Origin: Azolla caroliniana
Taxonomy: Eukaryota; Plantae; Polypodiophyta
Reading direction: 5' to 3'
Assembly: GCA_043228905.1 (NCBI GenBank)
Contig: JBHGNT010000020.1
Coordinates: 1,612,001-1,676,000, forward strand
DNA: 64,000 nt
Below, piece by piece: positions 37,670-47,491 of the stretch. The translations under genes were made by a program, and so were the position numbers. Positions within the stretch are counted from its first letter, which is position 1. The number at the start of each line of letters is the position of its first letter. A model generated the notes under the pieces. That model was given only the letters and a program-made list of their open reading frames with translations. It searched no databases and was not told the DNA's origin.

Positions 37670-38215
37670 GCCCAACAACACAAGAGACACCAGTTGGGCA
37701 GGAGATAGAGTATAAGAACGCGTATATAAATATATGTATGCAGATGACTCGAACGGTTACAGCCGATCAGGTCGGCGAGACGAGTGCCGACGCCTGATCA
37801 CCCACGTACACAGGGGAGCAAGATGGAGATTCTACCGGAAGCACACGGGCGTTCCACGGAGCAGAATCAGCCTCTCGAGAACCTGCGCAAAGAAAGCTAT
37901 GGAGACCGACAGAGGAGAAGAGCTCGGTCCCAGTCCAACAGCACTTCGTCCCCTCTAGCGCACGATCCCTTCTCTCCCCGTCTCCCTCTCTTTTATAGCT
38001 CAAGGAGGGAGACCGTTTTCACCCGTTTACATCACATTAATTCTCTGTCCTTTCGGACAGAGATACTCCTCGATTCTCCCTATAGAATATTGTTACCTAG
38101 GATTTGACTTTTGTGCCTACCTATCTACTATACAACAAGGGGCGTGCCCACGTGTAAGGGCCGGTTCACACACGCTATACACGGTTTGCGCCTAGGGACG
38201 GTTTTCTTCACGACA
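37670..38215 (-). repeat. H1 3' LTR (partial)
   Basis: TGTCGTGAAGAAAACCGTCCCTAGG after the PPT; homologous to 9541-~10070; the last ~110 bp are missing. Confidence 0.8.
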
Positions 38216-38291
38216 TCCGCCCCCACCTAACCGTGCATCCACCAGTATGCGCCAAAATCGGGTTCCTACTGGAGAAAACCGGTCCTTGCTT

Positions 38292-39960
38292 TTATTCCTC
38301 GTTTACCGGTTCGTCCTCCGCCTCGGGCTGCTCGTCGTTGCTGTCCATGCCCCCTAGCTCCGGCTCACCGTCGTGTCGCTTCTTGAACGCTTTGATCCTC
38401 TTCCCCACTACCGGTATCGCCATTCTCGTATCGTCGAGCTCTGCGAGATGGTACGTCCCATTGTCGTTGGTGCTTGTTACTACGTAAGGCCCGAACCACC
38501 TCCTCGCAAACTTCCGCGTGGCCCTGTGCTGATTGTCGAGGCTGCTGTCGTAGACTAGCACCCAGTCGCCTTCCTCGATCTTCCTTGGCCGGAGCCGGTG
38601 TGTTCGGTCAAACCGGGCTTTGTTCCTTATCCTCGCTACCCGAAGTTTCTCCGCGGCTCGCTCTACGTCCTACGGCCTCCGCTCGAGCTGTTGAATCCGC
38701 GCTGCCAACAGTTCCTCCCGGCTCATCTCATCCCTCCAGTCCACCGTGGCCCACGAGGAGATCGTTCGCTCTGTTGGCATGATCGGCTTCTGTCCGAACA
38801 TAAGCTCTGCCGGCATGAACCCGGTTACCGAACTGTGCGTAGTCCGGTCCACCCACAAGGCATATGGTAGCAGCCTTGGCCAGTTCCCGACTTGGCCTCT
38901 GCACGCCCATACTAGCGCTTTGACAATCGGCCCGTGTCCGCGCTCTACCTTCCCGTTCGCCTCCGGATTGTACGTTGTGGTGAGCGAAAGTTTGACTCCT
39001 AGCCAGTCGAACAGCTCTTCGGCCTCTTCTGCGTCCAACTCACCACGGTCAGCCACGATCTTCCCTACGCACCCGTATCGACATACCACGTCCTCAATCA
39101 AAAACCGGCACACGGCTGCAGTCGTCTTGTTCTGCAGGGCTCGGCCTTCAACCTGGTTCGTTAGATCCTCTCGAGCCAGCACCAGATACTGCATCTTCCC
39201 TACCCCCATTGGCATCGTCACCAAATCCACCATCCACTTGAAGTGGACGGTCGGAGGGTTGGTCAGGTGAAGCTCGTCCCGGTGTCGGATCATGGAGTGC
39301 ACCTGACAGCTTTCGCAAGTCGTCACGAACCGATGCACGTCCCGGTATAGTCCCGGCCACCAGTACTTCCCCTTTAGCTTTTCAAACGTGGCCCACGTTC
39401 CACGGTGTCTAGACCAAGGACTATCTGGTACGCCGCCAGCAAATCCTCCTGTTCCTCCTTCTTCGCCACCACTTGGAGCGGGATGCCGTTCCTCTTCTTC
39501 GGGTGCTTCGATATGTACCCGTCCCGGAGAAAGAATCGGTAGGCTTTCTTCCGAATCCGGTTGGCCTCATCCGTTGTCCATGCCGCGTCCGGTGTCATTG
39601 TTTTCAGGAACCCGCCGATCTGCAGCCACTCCCCGTTGTACTTGCTCTCGTCGAAATCGTTAAGCATTGGAGTGCATTTCCTGCCGGTTGTTACGTGAGC
39701 CGCCTCGAAGAAGTCCACGCCGACTTCCTCGTCCTCCGAAACCATGCCGCCCTCTTTTTCAAACCTCGCCCTTGAAAGCATGTCGGCCATGGCATTGTCT
39801 TTCCCGGAAATGTGTCGTATTTCCGGATTCAGGGGCTTGATGTACACTATCCACCTGAGCATTGCCATGTTCGGCGTCACGCATCCGGAAACCATGCCAA
39901 GAATTGGCAGGCAGTCCGTCTCGATAATTACCTCTGTCCCGATCAGGTAGTCTTTATCGG
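38292..39960 (-). pseudogene. pol: GyH RH C-terminus and integrase (RH N-terminus lies at 45632-45873)
   Basis: ORFs 39374-39895, 38670-39338 and 38292-38561. Confidence 0.9.
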
Positions 39961-40395
39961 TGTCATGAACAGTACTGAGACAGAGAAGGAATTAGTACTA
40001 AACGAAGGATTAGTACTATGAGAGGTGTGGAACTTCTTCGAGAGAAGGAAGAAGTGAGCGAGACAGAGAGAAAGAGAGAGAGAGAGAGAGAGAGTGTGTG
40101 ATGATAAGAAAGATATTTATTATATGAAGAGAATATACAACGGTGGCTAAAGGCTTAAGACTGGCGTTGAACCAATTTGGTTCAACATAATGCCTAGTGC
40201 CCTCTTTTATAGTGTTTTCAGGAGTAATCCTGAAGCTTCTAGAATGTTCCAGAGAAATCTGGAATATACACTAATTTCCTATAATAAAATGTAAATGAAA
40301 ATAATATCCTACGTATTACAATAGATGTTCTAATGGTCAAGAGCTCGACCCATATAACCTAAGGTCATGGGTTCGAGTCTTGCCATATCATGACA
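39961..40395 (-). repeat. GyG 3' LTR
   Basis: TGTCATG...CATGACA. Confidence 0.96.
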
Positions 40396-43300
40396 CTATC
40401 CCCCCTTTAAAACGACGAGTGTCACGAGTCGTCTTGGATTGAGGACTCGGTTTGTGTGGATATTGACGATGGAAGTCTTCAAGAAGAGCACGAGCATTGG
40501 TTACATTCTCGATCGGTTCCCAAGTACGTTCGCTGGGACTATAGCCTAGACAATCGACTAGATAGTAGAGCTTGTTGCGAACAATCTTGGAATCAAGAAT
40601 GGCGGCAACCTCGTACTCCGGCCCATCTTCAAGCTCGATCGGGGGTGGAGGTTGGATAAGACGTTCTGGGATGGTGCTCTCGTGGTAGGGTTCGAAGAGA
40701 GAACTATGAAACACCGGATGTATCCGAAGTTGAGGAGGTAGATCGAGACGAAAAGCAACATCATTAATCTTTCCAATAATACGGAAAGGACCTAATCGCC
40801 GATAATCCAACTTCTCACATGGGCGAGTAGTCTTGATGTGTCGTCGTAGCAACCACACCCGATCTCCAATATTAAAACTAGATGGAAGTCGATGACGATC
40901 CGCGTAGACCTTGTGTGTTTGTTGAGCTTGCTGGAGATGAGTAGATAAATCCGCTTGTATCTTGCGTAACCGCTCCAAACGATCCTCCGCGCACGGATTT
41001 GTGGACACCTCTGGGGTTTCAAGTACACTCCACCGGGGGTGACATCCCGTATAAGCATAAAATGGCGTAACTTTAGTGGATGCGTGGATAGAGTTGTTAT
41101 AGGCAAATTCGGCGAAGTGGAGAATATCTGTCCAGTCGTCCTGATGATAGCTGAGAAAGCACCGCAGATACTGCTCCAACGTTTGATTTGTTCGTTCAGC
41201 TTGGCCGTCAGTTTGTGGGTGGTAGCCGGAAGAGAGGTTACAAGTGACCTTGAGCATGTTAAAAAGGTGCTTCCAGAATTTTGACACGAACTGGGGTCCA
41301 CGGTCGCTGATGATACTATCGGGGAGTCCATGATGCCGACATACTTCACGCATGACAATTTCGGCAGTGTCTTCACTGGAGATCTCCTTAGTACATGGCA
41401 AGAAATGAGCCATCTTCGTATATCGATCGACCACCATTAGAATCGCATTGAACCCCTTAGAGACTGGAAGATCTGTGATGAAGTCTAGAGCAATGGATTG
41501 CCACGGCTTGCTTGGAATTGATAATGGTTCTAATAAACCATATGGATGATGCCTTGGCATTTTCGCTCTGCAACATGTATCACAAGTCCGAACAAAATCC
41601 TCGACAAATTGTCGCATACAGGGCCACCAGAATGATCGTTGTACTAAATGTAATGTTTTAGTACTACCAAAATGCCCAGCTGTATATGTGTCATGACAGT
41701 TTTGTACTACTCGAAGGCGGCAAGAACCATTAGGAACATACAAAAGTTCTTTAAAGAAGAGTAATCCATCATGGTATTTGAATTGCCGATAGTCCGTACC
41801 TGGTGGTTGCGACTGTGAACACGACGCTCGAGAGGGATCAATTTGTGCTAGTATAGCTTGGGCGAACGCATCTGTCTTCAAGTCTTCACGTATGGTATCG
41901 ATAATGCGGGAATCCATAGGCATGTCAAAGATTTGTGTTGCTTGTAATCGTGCCGGTCCCAAGATGACTTGTTTTTGGTTATCGAAAGCTGGCTCGCCGG
42001 GACGGGGTGCTAGATACGAACGCCGTGATAATGCATCTGCCTTCCCTTGGTGCCTCCCCGGACGATATGTAATTTTGAAGTCGAAACGCGTGAGGAAGTG
42101 GGCCCACCGAGCTTGACGTCGATTCAACACACGAGCATCCTGGAAGTAGGCAAGATTCTTGTGGTCACTAAATACGGTGACTGGATGAGAGGATCCCTCC
42201 AGAAAATGCCTCCATTGCATAAAAGAATCCACTATTGCCAATAGCTCCTTATCATGGATTTCGTAGTTGATTTCGGCGGCATCAAACTTGCGTGAGTGAA
42301 AAGCCATAGGATGTAGCTTTTCATCATTCCCCTGTTGTGACAGAATGCTCCCCAATGCAAAATCCGATGCGTCAGCTTCGATAATGAATGGTTTTTCCGG
42401 ATCGACATGAGCTAGAATTGGAGCCAATGTAAATGCTTTTTTAAGACTCTCGAAAGCCATGTCCGTTTCTTCAGACCAGGTGAACGGTTGTCCCTTCCTG
42501 GTAAGTTGTGTGAGAGGTAGAACGATCTTTGAGTAATCCTGTATGAACTTCCGGTAAAAATTGGCAAAGCCTAAGAAGCATTGCACATCCCGTACCGAAC
42601 GCGGAGTCTGCCATTCTACCACCGTTCTGACCTTAGCTGGGTCCATGGAGATGCCTTCTGACGAAATGATGTAGCCGAGAAATTCCACTTGGTTGCACCC
42701 GAAACTACATTTTTCTAGCTTTGCATACAGACCATGTTCTCGAAGTCGTTTTAGTACTAATAGTACATGAGAATCATGTTCTTCTTGGGTCTTTGAATAA
42801 ACCAGTAGATCATCCAAATAGATGATCAAACAATCATCCAATAGATCTCGGAATATATCATTAGCCATGTGCTGGAAGACTGCCGGCACATTAGTGAGGC
42901 CGAACGGCATGACAGTATACTCGAAGTGCCCATATCTGGTGCGAAACGCGGTCTTCCATTCGTCTCCTGGTCGGATCCGTACGAGGTTATATGCTCCCCG
43001 TAAGTCGATCTTCGTGAAGAACCTGGCACCATTGATCCGTTCTAAAAGACTTGAGATAAGGGGAAGAGCATACCTATTTCTGATTGTAACCTTATTCAAG
43101 CCACGGTAATCTACAACGAGACGAAGCGATCCATCTTTTTTCTTGACGAAGAAAATGGGCGCACCGGCTGGAGATTTCGAATGCCGAATGAAACCATTTT
43201 CCAAATTCTCCTCTATATAGGCCCGAAGGACTTCCAGCTCGGTTGGTGACAAATTGTAGATCGGTCCCCATGGCGGCTCTTTTCCCGGTTGTAAATCGAT

Positions 43301-43984
43301 GGGGCAATCGTACGGTCGATGATGAGGAAGTGTGTTGGCTTGTACTTTATCGAACACATCGGTGTAATGGCGATACTTCTCGGGAAGTTGAACGGTGGAT
43401 TCTTCTTTAGTGGTGTTGGAGGGGTTTACTGATATTGCAAAGAGGAACATTTCCTCCTTGTGCCCTTCTTTACGCAACTGACGTAGCGAAATGGTTGCCA
43501 TCTTCTGAGTTGACCCTTGGGTTTGTCGACACCGGATTTCTCTTGTTCTCCAATCTATGTCAGGGTTATGTAACTCGAACCATGGTAGTCCTAAAACTAT
43601 AGGATGTTCTGGGATACTAATAATATTAAATGATACTACACATACTAAGTTATCTAGGACAATATTAATGGGCTCTGACTCTTCTAGGATATTTCCGGAA
43701 GCAATGGGACGTCCATCAATGACTACTACAGAGGCTGGACACTGGAGTTTTCTTAGGGATATCTTATGAGCTTGAGCAAATTTCTTATCCATAAAGCAAG
43801 AGTTAGCTCCGGAATCTAGGAGTGCTAGGACATGTACTGGAGGGGTACTTTTAGTACTAACTATTACTTGGGCTACGAACACATCACTAACTTTCTTAGA
43901 GGGAATGGAACCACTAATGGGCTGCACAGATCTAGGGCTGTCCAACCAAACGGCTCCTATTTTGGCTGGACTTAGTCGTTTAAC
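40388..43984 (-). CDS. pol: Pol (PR-RT-RH-INT-chromodomain), reached by -1 frameshift
   Basis: 1185-aa open frame from 43945: LLDSGA, YLDD, EADASD, HHCC, GPF, EYEVAAILD...TWEP; the frame stays open back to the GTTAAAC heptamer; the stop lies inside the LTR. Confidence 0.96.
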   Translation of the reverse strand, partial: VKRLSPAKIGAVWLDSPRSVQPISGSIPSKKVSDVFVAQVIVSTKSTPPVHVLALLDSGANSCFMDKKFAQAHKISLRKLQCPASVVVIDGRPIASGNILEESEPINIVLDNLVCVVSFNIISIPEHPIVLGLPWFELHNPDIDWRTREIRCRQTQGSTQKMATISLRQLRKEGHKEEMFLFAISVNPSNTTKEESTVQLPEKYRHYTDVFDKVQANTLPHHRPYDCPIDLQPGKEPPWGPIYNLSPTELEVLRAYIEENLENGFIRHSKSPAGAPIFFVKKKDGSLRLVVDYRGLNKVTIRNRYALPLISSLLERINGARFFTKIDLRGAYNLVRIRPGDEWKTAFRTRYGHFEYTVMPFGLTNVPAVFQHMANDIFRDLLDDCLIIYLDDLLVYSKTQEEHDSHVLLVLKRLREHGLYAKLEKCSFGCNQVEFLGYIISSEGISMDPAKVRTVVEWQTPRSVRDVQCFLGFANFYRKFIQDYSKIVLPLTQLTRKGQPFTWSEETDMAFESLKKAFTLAPILAHVDPEKPFIIEADASDFALGSILSQQGNDEKLHPMAFHSRKFDAAEINYEIHDKELLAIVDSFMQWRHFLEGSSHPVTVFSDHKNLAYFQDARVLNRRQARWAHFLTRFDFKITYRPGRHQGKADALSRRSYLAPRPGEPAFDNQKQVILGPARLQATQIFDMPMDSRIIDTIREDLKTDAFAQAILAQIDPSRASCSQSQPPGTDYRQFKYHDGLLFFKELLYVPNGSCRLRVVQNCHDTYTAGHFGSTKTLHLVQRSFWWPCMRQFVEDFVRTCDTCCRAKMPRHHPYGLLEPLSIPSKPWQSIALDFITDLPVSKGFNAILMVVDRYTKMAHFLPCTKEISSEDTAEIVMREVCRHHGLPDSIISDRGPQFVSKFWKHLFNMLKVTCNLSSGYHPQTDGQAERTNQTLEQYLRCFLSYHQDDWTDILHFAEFAYNNSIHASTKVTPFYAYTGCHPRWSVLETPEVSTNPCAEDRLERLRKIQADLSTHLQQAQQTHKVYADRHRLPSSFNIGDRVWLLRRHIKTTRPCEKLDYRRLGPFRIIGKINDVAFRLDLPPQLRIHPVFHSSLFEPYHESTIPERLIQPPPPIELEDGPEYEVAAILDSKIVRNKLYYLVDCLGYSPSERTWEPIENVTNARALLEDFHRQYPHKPSPQSKTTRDTRRFKGGIVS
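43940..43984 (-). promoter_or_regulatory. -1 ribosomal frameshift signal
   Basis: G UUA AAC, 6-nt spacer, then an 11-bp stem GUCCAGCCAAA/UUUGGUUGGAC; pol is in the -1 frame. Confidence 0.8.
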
Positions 43985-45123
43985 TCTTCTTCTAACTGAC
44001 TAAGGACATCAAATTTGTTTGCTAGATCTGGGATATTAGTACTATTAGGACTATCAGATATCCCTACTGAAATAGGTTCGGATTTAGTACAATTAGAACT
44101 AGCGACTATTTGGTTTACCTGTCTTCTTGGCCTATGGGGGCAATTTATTGCGATATGTCCTGGTCCACCGCAGTAAAGACATAGTCGATTTGTACGGCGT
44201 CGCTGCTTTTCTTCTTCGGATAATGGCCCTCGACGACGTGTAGTGTCAATCTCCATCGGAGTCGGAGTATTCGCTGGAGACGCATTATATGACTCCCTCG
44301 GAAAAGGTCTTGCTACCACTGAGGCGTAGGTGGGCTCTGATCTTGCCCTCGGCATCTGTAGTTGTCGTTCCGAACGTCGCTCAAAGAGGCGGTTGTCACA
44401 TCTCACCGCGCGACTGATTGCTTCTGTTAAGGACTTTGGCTCTTCGGGGAAGGTCAAGAGTAAATCCTTGACGTCGTTGCGTAAACCATAACGGAATTGC
44501 TCCATCAACGCTTGATCATCCCAAGGGATATCGGCGGCGAGTAGGCGAAAATCTGCAGCGTATGCGGAGGCTGGACGGTCACCTTGGCGTAATCGCCGGA
44601 TTTTGTTGATTGCGGTCCTAATGCTGTCTGTATCTCCGAAACATGCTTTAAACTCACCTAGAAACTCTTCAAAATTGTTGAGTAATGGAGATTCCTTTTC
44701 TAATAGTGGAGCGAACCATGACAACGCTGAGCCACTTAACAAAGTGCCTACTAAACCCACTCGTGATGCATCGGTGGGATATCGGGAAGGATGCATTTGA
44801 ATAACTAATCGTACCTGGTTAAGGAACCCTCTAAACTGCGATCGCGTTCCATCGAACTTCGTGGGAAGGCCAATCTTAGGTTCTTTATGAATCCCTTGTG
44901 TTCCGGGCCCATGTTGTTGCATCGCTACAATGGTGGCTTCGAGTTGTTGCACGCGTAACGCAAGTTCCCCATGTTGTTGTTGCGTTTGCTGCTTTTCTAA
45001 GGAGATTTGCTGAAGATCCCCCAGCAACCGTTGGTTTTCTTGTTCCAAAGCATGGAACTTCTCCTTCAAGCATTGGAATTCCGAGAAAACAGAGTGATAT
45101 TCTTCAGCGCTAACAGTGGCCAT
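43972..45123 (-). CDS. gag: Gag (coiled coil, capsid, CCHC knuckle)
   Basis: 383 aa; PTKFDGTR, LRQG, PMEID, CLYCGGPGHIAINC. Confidence 0.96.
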   Translation of the reverse strand: MATVSAEEYHSVFSEFQCLKEKFHALEQENQRLLGDLQQISLEKQQTQQQHGELALRVQQLEATIVAMQQHGPGTQGIHKEPKIGLPTKFDGTRSQFRGFLNQVRLVIQMHPSRYPTDASRVGLVGTLLSGSALSWFAPLLEKESPLLNNFEEFLGEFKACFGDTDSIRTAINKIRRLRQGDRPASAYAADFRLLAADIPWDDQALMEQFRYGLRNDVKDLLLTFPEEPKSLTEAISRAVRCDNRLFERRSERQLQMPRARSEPTYASVVARPFPRESYNASPANTPTPMEIDTTRRRGPLSEEEKQRRRTNRLCLYCGGPGHIAINCPHRPRRQVNQIVASSNCTKSEPISVGISDSPNSTNIPDLANKFDVLSQLEEELND

Positions 45124-45182
45124 GGGATGAAAGAAAAGAGGAATAAAAGATTAGTAGGGAATGAGAGAGACAGAAGGTAGGA

Positions 45183-45194
45183 AAATTGGTTCAA
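45183..45194 (-). promoter_or_regulatory. Self-priming PBS (Tf1/sushi type)
   Basis: No TGG tRNA PBS; TTGAACCAATTT is complementary to AAATTGGTTCAA at 45403-45414, ~30 nt downstream of the TATA box. Confidence 0.8.
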
Positions 45195-45196
45195 AC

Positions 45197-45631
45197 TGTC
45201 ATGAACAGTACTGAGACAGAGAAGGAATTAGTACTAAACGAAGGATTAGTACTATGAGAGGTGTGGAACTTCTTCGAGAGAAGGAAGAAGTGAGCGAGAC
45301 AGAGAGAAAGAGAGAGAGAGAGAGAGAGAGTGAGTGATGATAAGAAAGATATTTATTATATGAAGAGAATATACAACGGTGGCTAAAGGCTTAAGACTGG
45401 CGTTGAACCAATTTGGTTCAACATAATGCCTAGTGCCCTCTTTTATAGTGTTTTCAGGAGTAATCCTGAAGCTTCTAGAATGTTCCAGAGAAATCTGGAA
45501 TATACACTAATTTCCTATAATAAAATGTAAATGAAAATAATATCCTACGTATTACAATAGATGTTCTAATGGTCAAGAGCTCGACCCATATAATTTAAGG
45601 TCATGGGTTCGAGTCTTGCCATATCATGACA
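45197..45631 (-). repeat. GyG 5' LTR
   Basis: Copy of 39961-40395. Confidence 0.96.
45467..45486. promoter_or_regulatory. Perfect 4-unit heat-shock element (second copy at 40231-40250)
   Basis: tGAAgcTTCtaGAAtgTTCc, about 20 bp upstream of TATAAAA on the minus strand. Confidence 0.75.
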
Positions 45632-45873
45632 ATCGGCCTTTACCACCGAAACGATACCCCAGAGCTTGCGTTTAACCTGGGTGTATCCTCGCTGTCGCTC
45701 GCTGAGGACCTTCGCGCCGAACCGGATCGGGAAACACATGCCTTCCTTGTCCTCTTGGTTGACGACCCATCCAATCCCGGTCGGACTCGTGTCTACCGTT
45801 ACGTAAATTGGAGTGCTCTTTCCGTAGACAGCCTTTCGGAGCGCCGGAGCCGCGGCAAGTGCTTCCATGAGCT

Positions 45874-46496
45874 GTATTTCAGGCACAAGCCGAATTTGAG
45901 ACACCTTCGGATTTTCGGCAGCATAGCATATGTGCATGTGCCGAATGAGAAGCGGAGGAAGCTGGATTCAAAAACGGAGAAGTGCATCCTCGTCGGCTAC
46001 TCACATGAGCAAAAGGGGTATAAGTGTTATAACCCCCGGACGAAGTAGGTCTGAGTTAGCCGCGATGTTGAGTATGATGAGACGGCATCATGGTATGCCT
46101 TACCAGCTCCGACTTCTAACCCCGACCCGATACCGGAGGATGAGGCTAGTGAGCTTGAACCGGTCCAGTTAGAAGATGCTGAATCCGGGACTCAAGAAGA
46201 GAGTCTGGAATCATTTCAGTTGAGTGGGCCGAACGAGAGACTATGTCAATCCGACCAGTCAGAAGAAGAACCGGCAAGTAGTAAAGACTCTGTCGTGCTC
46301 TCCCCGCGCAAGGAACCGAGGAGACGGTTCACGCGCAAAGAGAAGGGGAAGAAGAAGATGTCGGATTATGAAACCAGTATTGATGAGTCGGATCGGAGCG
46401 GATCCAACTCCGGAAAGGAAAATGACGGTTCTTCGGCATCGAAGACCGAACCGGTCAAGAAGGGCCTCAAACCAGGTAACGGTGGGTTACGTCGGT
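45874..46496 (+). pseudogene. pol: CopI integrase C-terminus
   Basis: HLRIFGSIAYVHVP...KLDSKTEKCILVGY...KGYKCYNP. Confidence 0.88.
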
Positions 46497-46807
46497 TTTT
46501 GAGAGACAAGCTCAACATCGGCCGGATCGGCTGAAGAAGCCGAGGACCGGATCGGTTGGGACCGATCGGTTAGGCCGAGTGCGTAAACCGGGAGGCCGTT
46601 AGGAAAGATATTCCGTGAGGAATATATTTGGGAGTTAGTGTAGGAGCTCTTAATGAGCATTGAAGTACGGTCAGTACTTCGGTCACTCCTTCGAGGACTT
46701 GTATAAAAGTGTTCATGGAACACACATATGTATAGAGTGTGGTGAATAGAGTTTTTGTTGGGATTACGGTCCCTCCGGATGGGATGGTCAGATGTCCGGG
46801 AATCGGG

Positions 46808-46978
46808 AATGAAGACCCGGTTTTGGATCCGGATGATGAAGACCCCGGCTACGGAGCCGGATGACGAAGACCCGGTTTCGGATCCGGATGATGAAGACCC
46901 CGGCTACGGAGCCGGATGACGAAGACCCGGTTTCGGATCCGGATGATGAAGACCCCGGCTACGGAGCCGGATGACGAA
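46808..46978 (+). repeat. 55-bp (27+28) CCGG-rich tandem array in U3; one extra unit in the 3' LTR (~51503-51728)
   Basis: Unit GATGAAGACCCCGGCTACGGAGCCGGATGACGAAGACCCGGTTTCGGATCCGGAT; the LTR lengths differ by exactly 55 bp. Confidence 0.92.
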
Positions 46979-47491
46979 TGTACCCGGAGAGAGAGATCCG
47001 GATGCGGGGACATATTTGTGAATATGTTTGCCAAGGGCCCTCGAGGCTATATTTGTAAATAGCCCGAAAGTCATATGTGTATAAATATGACTTAGGGCAA
47101 ACAGTTTTTGGTTGTTGCTCATTTATCTGTTTTCCACTTAGAGGGAGCGAAGTGAGAGCAGCCGAGAGAGAGAGTGAGAGAGAGAGAGAAAGGAAGAGGT
47201 CGACGCCTCTGTGTAATACCGCCGCCTGTGGCGAGGACAGCGAGCTCAAGGTCGTCGCCTTGCAGCTCGCCATTGTACATTCCCTGCGTATAGTGATAGT
47301 TGGAGTCTTGCACTCCCGTGGTTTTTCCCGTCTAGGGTTTTCCACGCTAAACCCTGTGCATTCGAGTCTCTCTCTGTGTTTTGATTTACTTCTGCATTGA
47401 TTCGTGTTTCCTCGGTTGTGGCCGAGAGGTGAAGGTTTTGAAAGCGGCGAATTCCTAACAATCTGGTATCAGAGCGACTGCAGTGCAGAAA

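Larger units (their letters stand above)
39961..45631 (-). mobile_element. GyG: intact young chromovirus (Tcn1-like)
   Basis: 435-bp LTRs at 39961-40395 and 45197-45631 differing at only a few sites, TSD ATCGG, PPT AAAGGGGGGATAG, open gag and pol. Confidence 0.97.
36484..45873 (-). mobile_element. GyH: circularly permuted composite gypsy segment
   Basis: Minus-strand order RH-INT-PPT-LTR(H1, partial)-LTR(H2)-PBS-gag start-RT; the two ends are adjacent codons of pol. Confidence 0.85.

Noticed and set aside
37199-38215. A single 1-kb LTR, making GyH a simple one-LTR circle
   Set aside because: Homology to the Gy1 LTR stops at 37670, where a new TGTCG terminus and a second TATA region begin, so two LTRs fit better.
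40320-40390. Possible tRNA genes at the A/B-box sites
   Set aside because: No acceptor or anticodon stems can be folded and the T stems are imperfect; reported only as tRNA-like modules.
46808-46978. Regular ~28-bp palindromic repeats resembling a CRISPR array (also 24103-24237 and 51503-51728)
   Set aside because: There are no unique spacers and no cas genes; the arrays are part of copia LTR U3 regions.
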